Below, in pieces: positions 36,478-45,573 of a stretch of 64,000 nt of DNA. The notes beneath the pieces are model-generated. The model was not told where the DNA came from and ran no database searches. It saw nothing but the letters and a program-made list of their open reading frames with translations. Position 1 is the stretch's first letter. The number at the start of each line of letters is the position of its first letter. The stretch spans positions 3,639 to 67,638 of the forward strand of contig CBDUQI010000003.1 of assembly GCA_965369325.1 (NCBI GenBank). Direction: 5' to 3'. The translations under genes were made by a program, and so were the position numbers. The DNA is from an uncultured Gammaproteobacteria bacterium. Its GTDB lineage: Bacteria; Pseudomonadota; Gammaproteobacteria; Steroidobacterales; JBCBZW01.

Positions 36478-37242
36478 CTACGGCCACATCAACTTGATGA
36501 CGAAGAGCACAAGTACGGCGTTAAACACCCATCGGATCAGTTGCTCACCGCGCGTAATGGTGGAGCGCGCGCCCAACCAGCCGCCGATGGCGTTGCCCAA
36601 CGCTAAGAATGCGCCCAGCAGCCATTCGATGCGCACCGTCGCCGCGTAGATACCTAAAGCGACTACTGAGTAAACGAGCACAATAAAACACTTGTGCATA
36701 TTGACGCGGACCAAGTCCAGATGCATGACCCGATGCAGGATCGGCATCAGGATAAAGCCGACGCCTATATGGATAAAACCGCCCCAGAAACCTGCCCCCA
36801 ACATGCACAGATGCCCGGCCAGCAGACGTTGCGGCTGACCCGTGCTGTGTGTTGGGTCCACCGCGGGTTTTTTCCCTGTTACCATCAGCAGAAAAACCCC
36901 AAGCATAATCAATGCCAGCACCCGCCGGAACCAAGGGCCATCCAGGTGGACGCCGATCAATGCGCCGGCGATCGCGCCGGGTAATGAGGCCAACGCCAGT
37001 GTCACGCTCAGGCGCAGATCGGAGATTCCCGAGCGCCAGAAGGTGAGGACTGCCACGATGTTCTGAGCGACAATCGCGATGCGGTTGGTGCCGTTGGCCA
37101 CCGGTCCTGGCAAGCCCATAAACACCATCGCAGGCACGCTCAGTAGCGAGCCCCCGCCAGCCATCACGTTAATCCACCCTGCGAGCACGCCGATGCAAGT
37201 CAGCATCAGCCCCTGGCCGCCGGTAGTTTGTAAAAACTCCAT
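36478..37242 (-). CDS. TauE/SafE-family sulfite/anion exporter
   Basis: 254 aa with 7-8 TM helices and the typical glycine-rich helices (VMAGGGSLLSVP, GAGFWGGF). Confidence 0.8.
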   Translation of the reverse strand: MEFLQTTGGQGLMLTCIGVLAGWINVMAGGGSLLSVPAMVFMGLPGPVANGTNRIAIVAQNIVAVLTFWRSGISDLRLSVTLALASLPGAIAGALIGVHLDGPWFRRVLALIMLGVFLLMVTGKKPAVDPTHSTGQPQRLLAGHLCMLGAGFWGGFIHIGVGFILMPILHRVMHLDLVRVNMHKCFIVLVYSVVALGIYAATVRIEWLLGAFLALGNAIGGWLGARSTITRGEQLIRWVFNAVLVLFVIKLMWP

Positions 37243-37335
37243 GTCCCGCTCTCCGCCGACCGATAGTGCTTGTCAGCCCGCACGCATTGTGCGACAAAGC
37301 GGGCATCGGCGCGAATCGCCAACGAGGATAACAAC

Positions 37336-38808
37336 ATGCGACGACATTTTTTATCGGTTAGGGCGATCGCCGGAGCACTGGCGATGGTCGTACTGTTAGG
37401 CGCAGGGGTTGCGCACGCGCGCAAAGCTACACCACCGGCAGGTGCCGGCGCCGCTGAACTGCTCAATGCGGTGCAGGCGCGTGCCTCGGCCGATGGCGAG
37501 TTGGCGATGCAGATCTACGATTTGGCTGAACTGGGGTATCTCGAGCAGCGCAGCAGCGAGCTACTGCGCCAGGCGCTGGAACAGGCAGGCTTTCGTCTGC
37601 AATTTCCCGTTGCCGGGCTGCCCACCGCGTTTGTTGCCGAGTACGGGCGTGGGCAACCGGTGATCGCGTTACTCGCTGAGTTTGACGCCTTGCCTGGCAT
37701 TAGTCAGTCGCCGGTCCCGCACCGGCAGGTATCGCCAGAGCACGACAGTGGCCACGCCTGTGGCCACCACCTGCTGGGAACCGCGTCGGTATCGGCCGGC
37801 ATTGTGCTCGCCGAGTGGTTAGCCGAATCCGGGCAGGCTGGCACTGTGCGGGTGTACGGCACACCGGCCGAGGAGGGCGGTTCGGGCAAGGTCTACATGG
37901 TGCGTGACGGCTTGTTCGACGATGTGTCCGCCAGTCTCACTTGGCACCCAGGCGACCGTAATGAGGCAAGCGCGCGAACCTCACTCGCCAATCGTTCAGC
38001 AATTTTTCGCTTTTCCGGCGTGTCGGCGCACGCTGCGCAGGCGCCTGAAAAGGCGCGTTCCGCGTTGGACGGGGTGGAAGCGTTCAATCATATGGTGAAC
38101 CTTATGCGTGAGCATGTACCGCAACAAACACGTATTCACTATGTGATTACTGCCGGCGGGTTGGCGCCGAATGTGGTGCCGGACAACGCGGAGGTTTATT
38201 ACTACGTGCGTCATCCAGATGCGCGAGAACTGCAGCGCATCTGGCAGCGGGTGGCGCTGGCCGCGCAGGGCGCCGCCATGGGCACGGGCACCTCGGTGGA
38301 TGCGGAGATTATGCACGGCAACCTCTCCTTACTCCCCAACGAGCGGCTCGCCCGTGCGATGTATCAGCGGCTGGCGCAGATCGGCGGCATTGCCTACACC
38401 GCGCAGGAGCGCAGCTTCGCTGGCGAGGTGTACGAGACGTTAAATAGCCCCGATCTGGGCCTCGGCAGCGAAGCGCAAGTACAACCGTTCACCAGTAAGA
38501 TGTCGCAGGGCTCCACCGACGTTGGCGATGTAAGCTGGACGACACCAACGGCAGAGTTACGGACTGCTACCTGGGTGGCGGGCACCAATGCACACACCTG
38601 GCAGGCGATTGCCGCGGGTGGAACCAGTATCGGGATCAAAGGCATGCAACTGGCCACCAAGACGATGGTGTTGACGGCAATGGACCTGTATACCCAGCCG
38701 CAATTGCTCAAGGAGATTCAAGCAGAGTTCGAGCAACGCGTGGGCGACTATGACTACACCCCGTTACTGGGCGACCGCGATCCGCCGCTGGACTATCGGC
38801 TGCGATAG
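37336..38808 (+). CDS. secreted M20-family amidohydrolase (AbgB/hippurate-hydrolase-like)
   Basis: ATG 37336 lies after GAGGA. It has a signal peptide (MRRHFLSVRAIAGALAMVVLLGAGVAHA) and the blocks GHACGHHLLG and GTPAEEGGSGK. Confidence 0.8.
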   Translation: MRRHFLSVRAIAGALAMVVLLGAGVAHARKATPPAGAGAAELLNAVQARASADGELAMQIYDLAELGYLEQRSSELLRQALEQAGFRLQFPVAGLPTAFVAEYGRGQPVIALLAEFDALPGISQSPVPHRQVSPEHDSGHACGHHLLGTASVSAGIVLAEWLAESGQAGTVRVYGTPAEEGGSGKVYMVRDGLFDDVSASLTWHPGDRNEASARTSLANRSAIFRFSGVSAHAAQAPEKARSALDGVEAFNHMVNLMREHVPQQTRIHYVITAGGLAPNVVPDNAEVYYYVRHPDARELQRIWQRVALAAQGAAMGTGTSVDAEIMHGNLSLLPNERLARAMYQRLAQIGGIAYTAQERSFAGEVYETLNSPDLGLGSEAQVQPFTSKMSQGSTDVGDVSWTTPTAELRTATWVAGTNAHTWQAIAAGGTSIGIKGMQLATKTMVLTAMDLYTQPQLLKEIQAEFEQRVGDYDYTPLLGDRDPPLDYRLR

Positions 38809-38813
38809 CCCAC

Positions 38814-40022
38814 TTGAGTGATGAGTTGCATGTGAGCGATGAGCCGGAAAGCGGCGAGCACCGCTGGCCGTGGTTTGGTCAGGCGCATCTTGAGGCGGTG
38901 AGCCGGGTGCTGCGCAGCGGCAGGGTGAATTACCGCGGCGGCGTCGAGGGGCCGGCCTTCGAGCAGGAGTTCTCGGCCCGTATGGATGTCCGACATGCGC
39001 TGGCGCTCAGCAATGGCACCGTCGCCTTGGAGCTGGCGCTGCGTGCTTGCAAGGCAGGCGCAGGGGATGAGGTCATTGTGCCTGCGCGCGGGTTTGTGGC
39101 CTGTGCGTCCGCCGCCGTGATGTGTGGCGCGCGTCCGGTGTTTGCGGATGTGGACCCGGTGACCGGGAACCTTCGAGCTGAAGATGTGGCGCCCTTGCTT
39201 GGGCCGCGTACGCGCGCAGTGCTGTGTGTGCATATTGGTGGCTGGCCGTGCGAAATGGCAGCGCTGTCTGCGCTCTGCGAGGCGAATAATGTTGCACTGA
39301 TTGAAGATTGTGCGCAGGCGCACGGTGCGTGCTTTGAAGGGCGCCCGGTCGGTGGGCATGGCGATCTTGGTGCGTTTTCTTTTTGCCAGGACAAAATAAT
39401 TACGACTGGCGGCGAAGGCGGCATGCTAAGCACCAACGACGATGCACTGGCGCAGACGTTGCTTGCGCTCAGAGATCACGGTAAATCGCCCGCATTATTG
39501 GCAGCGCCCGCCGAAGCTGGCAAGGCATCCACTTACCGGTGGTTGCATACCAGCGCCGGGACCAACGCGCGGCTGACCGAGCTGCAATCCGCGCTGGGGC
39601 GCGTGGGTCTGGCGGAGTTGGATGCGCGCCTGGCCGTTCGCCAGCAGTATGCACAAACACTGCGCGACACGCTCCGCGAGCAGCCCGGCGTTTTGGTCCC
39701 ACGTTTGGATCAAGCCCGCATGCAGCCCGCGTGGTATCGCACCTATATCGCGTTGGATCCGCGCGCGCTGCGCCCCGGTTATCACCGTGACCGCCTACTG
39801 CTGGCGCTGGCGCGCCAGGGCATTGACGCGGGCAGTGGGGTGTGTCCCGAGTTGTACCGTGAGCAGGCCTTTGCAGCCTGTGCGCCCGAACGTCCTTGCG
39901 TCAACGCGCATCACCTTGGCCAGAACAGCGTTATGTTTGATCTTCACCATCGTCGCGCCGCCGGGTATGCCGAACGTGTAGGCGAGGTGGTATCAGACTG
40001 GCTAAGGCGTGCCCAACGCTGA
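38814..40022 (+). CDS. DegT/DnrJ/EryC1/StrS-family PLP-dependent aminotransferase
   Basis: Has the PLP-lysine context FSFCQDKIITTGGEGGM and the N-terminal fold-type-I pattern. The exact start is uncertain (TTG 38814 or GTG 38832). Confidence 0.78.
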   Translation: MSDELHVSDEPESGEHRWPWFGQAHLEAVSRVLRSGRVNYRGGVEGPAFEQEFSARMDVRHALALSNGTVALELALRACKAGAGDEVIVPARGFVACASAAVMCGARPVFADVDPVTGNLRAEDVAPLLGPRTRAVLCVHIGGWPCEMAALSALCEANNVALIEDCAQAHGACFEGRPVGGHGDLGAFSFCQDKIITTGGEGGMLSTNDDALAQTLLALRDHGKSPALLAAPAEAGKASTYRWLHTSAGTNARLTELQSALGRVGLAELDARLAVRQQYAQTLRDTLREQPGVLVPRLDQARMQPAWYRTYIALDPRALRPGYHRDRLLLALARQGIDAGSGVCPELYREQAFAACAPERPCVNAHHLGQNSVMFDLHHRRAAGYAERVGEVVSDWLRRAQR

Positions 40023-40122
40023 GTCAGGTGCAGGAGCTTAAAGCTAGACTTGGTCGCAGGTTATGCCGCACGGGCATGGTTAAGCTTGCCGTTCACAGTC
40101 AGACCCCAAGGATGGCACCCCT

Positions 40123-41886
40123 GTGCTGCGCAACACCCGCTCCGCGCGGATTGATCACGAACGTATTCTGCAAACCTTACCGGACACGGTGTTGCTGGTG
40201 GACCGCCGTGGTTTGATACAAGCTCGCCTGGGTGCACAATCCGACAAGTACGGCCCGCTGCGCGAGGCTAGCGCCGGTATCAGCCTGAAGCAGCTGTGGC
40301 CAGAGAAGGCGGACGACGTGATGCGCTTGATACGGCGCACGTTGACCGCACGGCAATCGCAGACGACCCGACTGGCACTGTTCGATGAGGCGCGGGCCGA
40401 CGATGCCAACGATCGTCGCTACGAGGTTCGTATTCGCGTATTCGGCCGTGAGCAGGTGCTGATGGTGCTGCGTGACATCACCCAGGCGGGCGTGCAAGGC
40501 GCGACGCATGGCACTCGTGTGGATCCAGCCACGGGTTTGCCCACGCGTGAGCGGTTTATCGAACAACTCTCAGATTGTATCGGGCAGGCACACCTCAAAG
40601 AGCGCGCCCTGGCCGTGCTACATATCGACATCGACGATTTTGCGAACGTGTTTCAGACCTTCGGCCGAGATGTCGCTGACGCGCTGCTGAGTGAAGTTGC
40701 TGTGCGGTTGAAAGACTGCCTGCGCGCGTGCGACCACGTGAGCGCGGTCGGGCGCGGCGTTGACGCCCGCCGGGCGGCGGCCATTGGCGGCGCGGGGTTC
40801 GGTGTCATCCTGACGGACGTCGACCGGCGTGAGTATGCCGGCGATGTGGCTGCGCGGGCACGCGCCGCGTTTATGCATTACTTCAATGTGATGGGGCAGC
40901 AGATCCGTCTAACGCCATCGGTCGGCATTGCCCTGTACCCCAAGGACGCACGGGATGCGGACAGCCTGGTAAAAGCGGCGACCGCCGCCGTGGCTGAGGC
41001 GCGAATGCACGCCACACATGGCCAGAAATTTTACTCCGACACTATTCCCATGCGCGCGGAGAAGCGCCTGGACCTGGGATCAGAACTGCGCTGGGCAATG
41101 GAGCACGAGCAGCTGGATCTGCATTATCAGCCGCGTTTTTCTTTACCAGACTTGCGCTTAGTGGCGGTTGATGCGCTGCTGCGTTGGGAGCATCCGGTGC
41201 GCGGCTTTGTGCCGTTGGAAGAGTTGATCCCCCTGGCCGAATCCACCGGCTTGCTGCAGAGCATAGGCAACTGGGTGTTACGCAAGGCCTGTGAGCAACT
41301 ACGCAGCTGGCGCGCGAGCGGGCATTGCTCAGAGCGGGTGTCGGTGAATCTGGCGCGCCAACAGTTGTCTTGTGATCAGCTAAGCCAGCGAGTACTGAAT
41401 TTATTGCAGGAGCTTGATCTACCCGGCGAGTGCCTGGAGCTTGAACTCACCGAGAAGATGCTGCTCAAAGTTCGAGGTGGGCACACGCAGCTCTCGACAA
41501 TACAACAGGCGGGTGTTGGTATCACACTGGACAGTTTTGGTACCGGATATTCCTCGCTGCGGGAGTTCTACTCGCTGCCTCTGAAGGCGGTGAAGATTGA
41601 TCGCTCCTTTGTCACCTGCCTTGAGTCCGGTGCGCAAGCCGCATCAATCTGCACAGCAGCCTCGGCGATAGCGCGAGCGTTTGGGCTGAAAGTGATGGCT
41701 GAGGGCGTAGAGTCGCTGGCCCAGCTTGAGCACCTGCGTGCGCTTGGTTGTGACGAGGTGCAGGGATTTTGGTTGAGCCGGCCACTACCCGCCGCGCAGA
41801 TGCTTGAGTTGTTTGAGCGGCAGGCTCGGGGCGAGCGTTGCGTGGCGCTGGCCTCGGACGAGCCCGTGGCCGCGTACGTTAGGTAA
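40123..41886 (+). CDS. PAS-GGDEF-EAL protein with degenerate GGDEF (GGAGF) and altered EAL (DAL, DSFG) motifs
   Basis: GGDEF-domain entry DPATGLPTRERF. The active-site position reads AIGGAGFGVIL. The EAL domain reads YQPRF..AVDALLRWEHP, ELELTEK, LDSFGTGYSSL, VKIDRSFV, MAEGVES and VQGFWLSRP. Confidence 0.88.
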   Translation: MLRNTRSARIDHERILQTLPDTVLLVDRRGLIQARLGAQSDKYGPLREASAGISLKQLWPEKADDVMRLIRRTLTARQSQTTRLALFDEARADDANDRRYEVRIRVFGREQVLMVLRDITQAGVQGATHGTRVDPATGLPTRERFIEQLSDCIGQAHLKERALAVLHIDIDDFANVFQTFGRDVADALLSEVAVRLKDCLRACDHVSAVGRGVDARRAAAIGGAGFGVILTDVDRREYAGDVAARARAAFMHYFNVMGQQIRLTPSVGIALYPKDARDADSLVKAATAAVAEARMHATHGQKFYSDTIPMRAEKRLDLGSELRWAMEHEQLDLHYQPRFSLPDLRLVAVDALLRWEHPVRGFVPLEELIPLAESTGLLQSIGNWVLRKACEQLRSWRASGHCSERVSVNLARQQLSCDQLSQRVLNLLQELDLPGECLELELTEKMLLKVRGGHTQLSTIQQAGVGITLDSFGTGYSSLREFYSLPLKAVKIDRSFVTCLESGAQAASICTAASAIARAFGLKVMAEGVESLAQLEHLRALGCDEVQGFWLSRPLPAAQMLELFERQARGERCVALASDEPVAAYVR

Positions 41887-41945
41887 AAGCGAGTGAATAA
41901 CGGGGCGAGCATAGGGGTGTCGTAGTTCACGATTTCAGGCGGTGC

Positions 41946-41965
41946 TCACCGCCTGCGCTACTGGT
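41946..41965 (+). terminator. hairpin after the GGDEF-EAL gene
   Basis: CAGGCGG-tgctca-CCGCCTG is a 7-bp stem with no T tract. Confidence 0.3.
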
Positions 41966-42014
41966 CGTGGCGAATTTGTGATTCGGTATCGCGGGCGGAC
42001 GCCCGAGGTGTGGT

Positions 42015-42035
42015 CCACTTAGGAGTCTTAAGTGG
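42015..42035. promoter_or_regulatory. inverted repeat CCACTTA-N7-TAAGTGG upstream of the propeller diguanylate cyclase gene
   Basis: Perfect 7-bp arms lying about 72 nt upstream of the TTG start at 42107. Confidence 0.35.
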
Positions 42036-42106
42036 CGGACATCGTACGCCAATATGCAGGAGCTTAGTCAACCAGTGTGCACACGGATGTGTGAAGGATC
42101 GATCAT

Positions 42107-45100
42107 TTGAGGCGGCCGGCGCAACGCCTGTGGCTGTATTGCACCATCGCGCTTGTGAGTGCGGCGTGGGTCAGTTTTGGTACGTTGGCCAGCGCGGCGA
42201 CTCAGAGCGGAAAACCCATCCGGTTTGAAGCATTGTCACTGGACGACGGGCTGTCCCAAAGCACCGTCCTTAGTATTCATCAAGATTCTGCGGGCTTTGT
42301 CTGGTTTGGTACTGAGGATGGGCTCAACCGCTACGATGGTTATGAGTTCGTGCAATACAAACAGGACCGGCGCGACACCAACTCATTGCCTAACGATTAC
42401 ATTATGGCGTTGGCCGAGGATGCCACCGGTGATATGTGGATTGGCACCGATGGCGGCGGGCTTGTGCACTGGGGGCGTGAATCACGCCAGTTCGCAGCGC
42501 TGCGGGCGGATCCGCAAAGCGACGCCCTGAGCCTTTCTGGCAATGCGGTGCGTGCGCTTGCCGTCGGTCAGGATGGTGTGTTGTGGGCGGGCACGTTACG
42601 TAACGGACTCAACCAGGTTGATATCGCCAGCCGTCGGGTGATGCAGCAGTACCGGCACACGCCGGGCGACCCGCAAACGTTGAGTAGCGATGAAGTGTAC
42701 GCCGTGCACATCGACCGCCTTGGTCGACTGTGGGTGGGCACCAACCAGGGTTTGAACTGGCTGGACCCATCCACCGGGCAGATCCGCCAGTACGTCTTCG
42801 ATCCGGACAACGATCAGTCGTTGAGTGATAACCGGGTGCGCGCCATCGTGGAGGACAGCGCTGGCATCTTTTGGATCGGCACCCGCAAAGGGCTCAATCG
42901 ACTGGATCCGGGCACAGGGGAAATTACCCGTTTCGTGCACGACCCCAACGACCCGAGTAGCCTGAGCCATGACCGTGTGCGCACCATATTTGAAGACAAT
43001 TACGGGCGTCTTTGGGTGGGCACCGCACGAGGCCTGAACCTGTTTCATGACGGTGACGGCACGTTTAGCATTTACCGTGCCGATCCGGCCGATCAGTTTA
43101 GTTTGCCGGACAGTCATATTGTGCAGGTACGCCAGGATGCCGCTGGCATTTTATGGATCGGCACCAACTCGGGCGGTGTCGCCAAATGGAATCCACGCGC
43201 CTGGTCGTTGGGGCACTATCGCCTGGACGCACTGGGCGGCGGCGAGGGTTCGCGGAACGTGACCTCCTTTGCCGAGGACGCTAACGGCGACCTCTGGGTG
43301 GGCAGTTTCGGCGGCGGCTTTGGTCGGTTACACATGTCCGGGATGCCCGGCGATGGGGTATCTGCGTTTGAGCCCTACACCCACGATCAACTTAGCGACA
43401 ACCGGATTATGGCGTTGTTGTTCGATCGCCAGGGGCAGCTGTGGGCAGGCACGTTGGCGGGCGGGCTGAATCGGATTACTCGCGCCTCCGAGCCGGACGG
43501 TGAAGATCAGGTGAGTGTGTTCAAGGCCGACGATGCCAAGCCGCATGCGCTGGGCGCCAACGGCATTATGGGATTGTACGAAGACCATCGTGGTTATATT
43601 TGGGCGGGCACTTTTGGTGGTGGCGTTAGTCGCTTCGATCCGCGCACCGAGACCTTCGAGGTACATCGCCACGACCCGCAGGACGAGCACTCGCTCTCCA
43701 GCATGCGGGCGACCGCATTACTCGAAGATACCGAAGGTACTTTGTGGGTCGGCACCGATTCGGGCGGTCTTAACTACCTGGAGCGCGACGGACAGCAATG
43801 GGCGCACTTGCGTCACGATCCGGCGGATGTGACGAGCCTCAGCGCAGACACAGTGTATGCCCTGCATGTGGATGGGGACGGCACCCTGTGGGTAGGTACG
43901 CGTGCAGGGCTGGACCGTATGGTGCGTGGTCCGCGTGGCGTGTATTTTGACAATCTGTCTTCCGCCGACGGTTTGGACAACGATGTTATCTACGGCATTC
44001 GCCCGGACGAGCGGGGCAATTTGTGGCTTAGCACCAACCACGGTTTGTCACGCTACGATCCCTCTACCGGGCAGGTCAAGAACTATCACCGCGAGCACGG
44101 GCTGCAAAAAGGCGAGTTTAACTTCGGCGCCCACTTTCGCACCCGCGCTGGCAAGTTGGCGTTCGGCGGGGCCAACGGGTTTAACCTGTTTGATCCGCGT
44201 GCCCTGGATGTTAACCAATCACCGCCGCCGGTGGTGCTCACCGCCGTGTCGGTGCTCAACACCCCGGTGAAGACAGAGCAACCACTGGAGCTTTTCGATT
44301 CACTGACGCTTGGGCATCGCGACGATGTGGTGACCTTTGAGTTTGCGGCACTGGACTTTGCCGCGCCCATTCGCAACAACTATGCTTACCGACTTGAGGG
44401 GTTTGACGGTGAGTGGGTGCCTGCCGAAGGTCGCCGCCGGGTGACGTACACTAACCTGGACGCCGGTCACTATCGCTTTCGTGTGCGTGCCTCTAACAGC
44501 GATGGCGTGTGGAACAACGAGGCGCTGGATGTCGCAGTTACCGTGGAGCCGGCGCCATGGCGCACGTGGTGGGCCTATCTGGTGTACTCGGTGGTGGGGC
44601 TGTTTGCTGTGTTTATGATTATGCGAGTGCCGCATATGCGTCTGCGCCGCGAGGAGCAATACAGCGCGCGGCTGGAAACCAAAGTGCAGGAGCGCACAGA
44701 AGATCTCCAGCGCAGCAACGATGAGTTGCATTTGCTTAACGACCGGCTGCAGGAGGCCAGTTTTACCGATCCGCTAACCGGTTTGCGCAATCGCCGCTAC
44801 TTGTTTGAAGAAGTGGCACGTGATATCGCGCTGGTCACGCGTGAGCGCGAGGCCGAACCCGGGGCGGATCTGCAGCAGCTTGTTTTCCTGATGATTGATC
44901 TGGATCACTTCAAACCAATCAATGATGGCCACGGGCACGCCGCTGGCGATCAGTTGCTGATTGATATCAGCCGTGCGCTTGATGGCGCCTGCCGCAGCTC
45001 AGACTTCACGATCCGCTGGGGTGGTGACGAATTCCTGGTCGCGGCCAGACGCACCACACCGGAGGAAGCCGAGGCACTAGCTCAACGCATCTGCACGACC

Positions 45101-45430
45101 ATATCGCAGTTGACGACGCAATTGGAGAACGGCGCGATGGCGCGCACCAGTTGCAGTATCGGCTATGCCTCTTACCCATTTGTTGCCGATGGCGTAGAGT
45201 TACTCAACTGGGAGCAAGTGCTGGGTGTTGCCGATCGTGCAATGTACGCTGCAAAGGATATGCGTAACGCGTACGTTGGGTTCGAGGCCAGCAGCAGCAA
45301 GTTGCACGGTGATGAACTGTACAGCGCCATCCAGGAAGATCCCGAGGCACTGATTGAGCGCGGCCTGATCCGTTGCCGAAGCAGTGTCGTGCGGCGTAGC
45401 TCCGACCAAGCCGCCAACGCGCACGGATAA
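42107..45430 (+). CDS. diguanylate cyclase with periplasmic propeller repeats and Y_Y_Y domain
   Basis: Signal/TM segment, then repeated blades (VWFGTEDGLNRYD, MWIGTDGGGLVHW and others) and Y_Y_Y (YAYRLEGFDGEWV..GHYRFRVRA). A TM follows, then an intact GGDEF domain: DPLTGLRNRR, I-site RSSD five residues before WGGDEF. Confidence 0.88.
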   Translation: MRRPAQRLWLYCTIALVSAAWVSFGTLASAATQSGKPIRFEALSLDDGLSQSTVLSIHQDSAGFVWFGTEDGLNRYDGYEFVQYKQDRRDTNSLPNDYIMALAEDATGDMWIGTDGGGLVHWGRESRQFAALRADPQSDALSLSGNAVRALAVGQDGVLWAGTLRNGLNQVDIASRRVMQQYRHTPGDPQTLSSDEVYAVHIDRLGRLWVGTNQGLNWLDPSTGQIRQYVFDPDNDQSLSDNRVRAIVEDSAGIFWIGTRKGLNRLDPGTGEITRFVHDPNDPSSLSHDRVRTIFEDNYGRLWVGTARGLNLFHDGDGTFSIYRADPADQFSLPDSHIVQVRQDAAGILWIGTNSGGVAKWNPRAWSLGHYRLDALGGGEGSRNVTSFAEDANGDLWVGSFGGGFGRLHMSGMPGDGVSAFEPYTHDQLSDNRIMALLFDRQGQLWAGTLAGGLNRITRASEPDGEDQVSVFKADDAKPHALGANGIMGLYEDHRGYIWAGTFGGGVSRFDPRTETFEVHRHDPQDEHSLSSMRATALLEDTEGTLWVGTDSGGLNYLERDGQQWAHLRHDPADVTSLSADTVYALHVDGDGTLWVGTRAGLDRMVRGPRGVYFDNLSSADGLDNDVIYGIRPDERGNLWLSTNHGLSRYDPSTGQVKNYHREHGLQKGEFNFGAHFRTRAGKLAFGGANGFNLFDPRALDVNQSPPPVVLTAVSVLNTPVKTEQPLELFDSLTLGHRDDVVTFEFAALDFAAPIRNNYAYRLEGFDGEWVPAEGRRRVTYTNLDAGHYRFRVRASNSDGVWNNEALDVAVTVEPAPWRTWWAYLVYSVVGLFAVFMIMRVPHMRLRREEQYSARLETKVQERTEDLQRSNDELHLLNDRLQEASFTDPLTGLRNRRYLFEEVARDIALVTREREAEPGADLQQLVFLMIDLDHFKPINDGHGHAAGDQLLIDISRALDGACRSSDFTIRWGGDEFLVAARRTTPEEAEALAQRICTTISQLTTQLENGAMARTSCSIGYASYPFVADGVELLNWEQVLGVADRAMYAAKDMRNAYVGFEASSSKLHGDELYSAIQEDPEALIERGLIRCRSSVVRRSSDQAANAHG

Positions 45431-45468
45431 CTCAATAAAAACTAACCGCTTGCAGCGCGCGCGACAGC

Positions 45469-45497
45469 GTTATCGCGTGCGGTTATAAGGCGATAAC
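45469..45497. promoter_or_regulatory. inverted repeat GTTATCGC-N13-GCGATAAC in the cysJ upstream region
   Basis: Perfect 8-bp arms. It could be a terminator stem for the upstream gene or a regulator site. No T tract is present. Confidence 0.3.
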
Positions 45498-45573
45498 AAC
45501 AAATACGTTCCGTCCCGTGCCGGCCCTGCGTACAGTGGCTTTTCACAGTACTAACCGTGAGAAGGAGCCCCTC

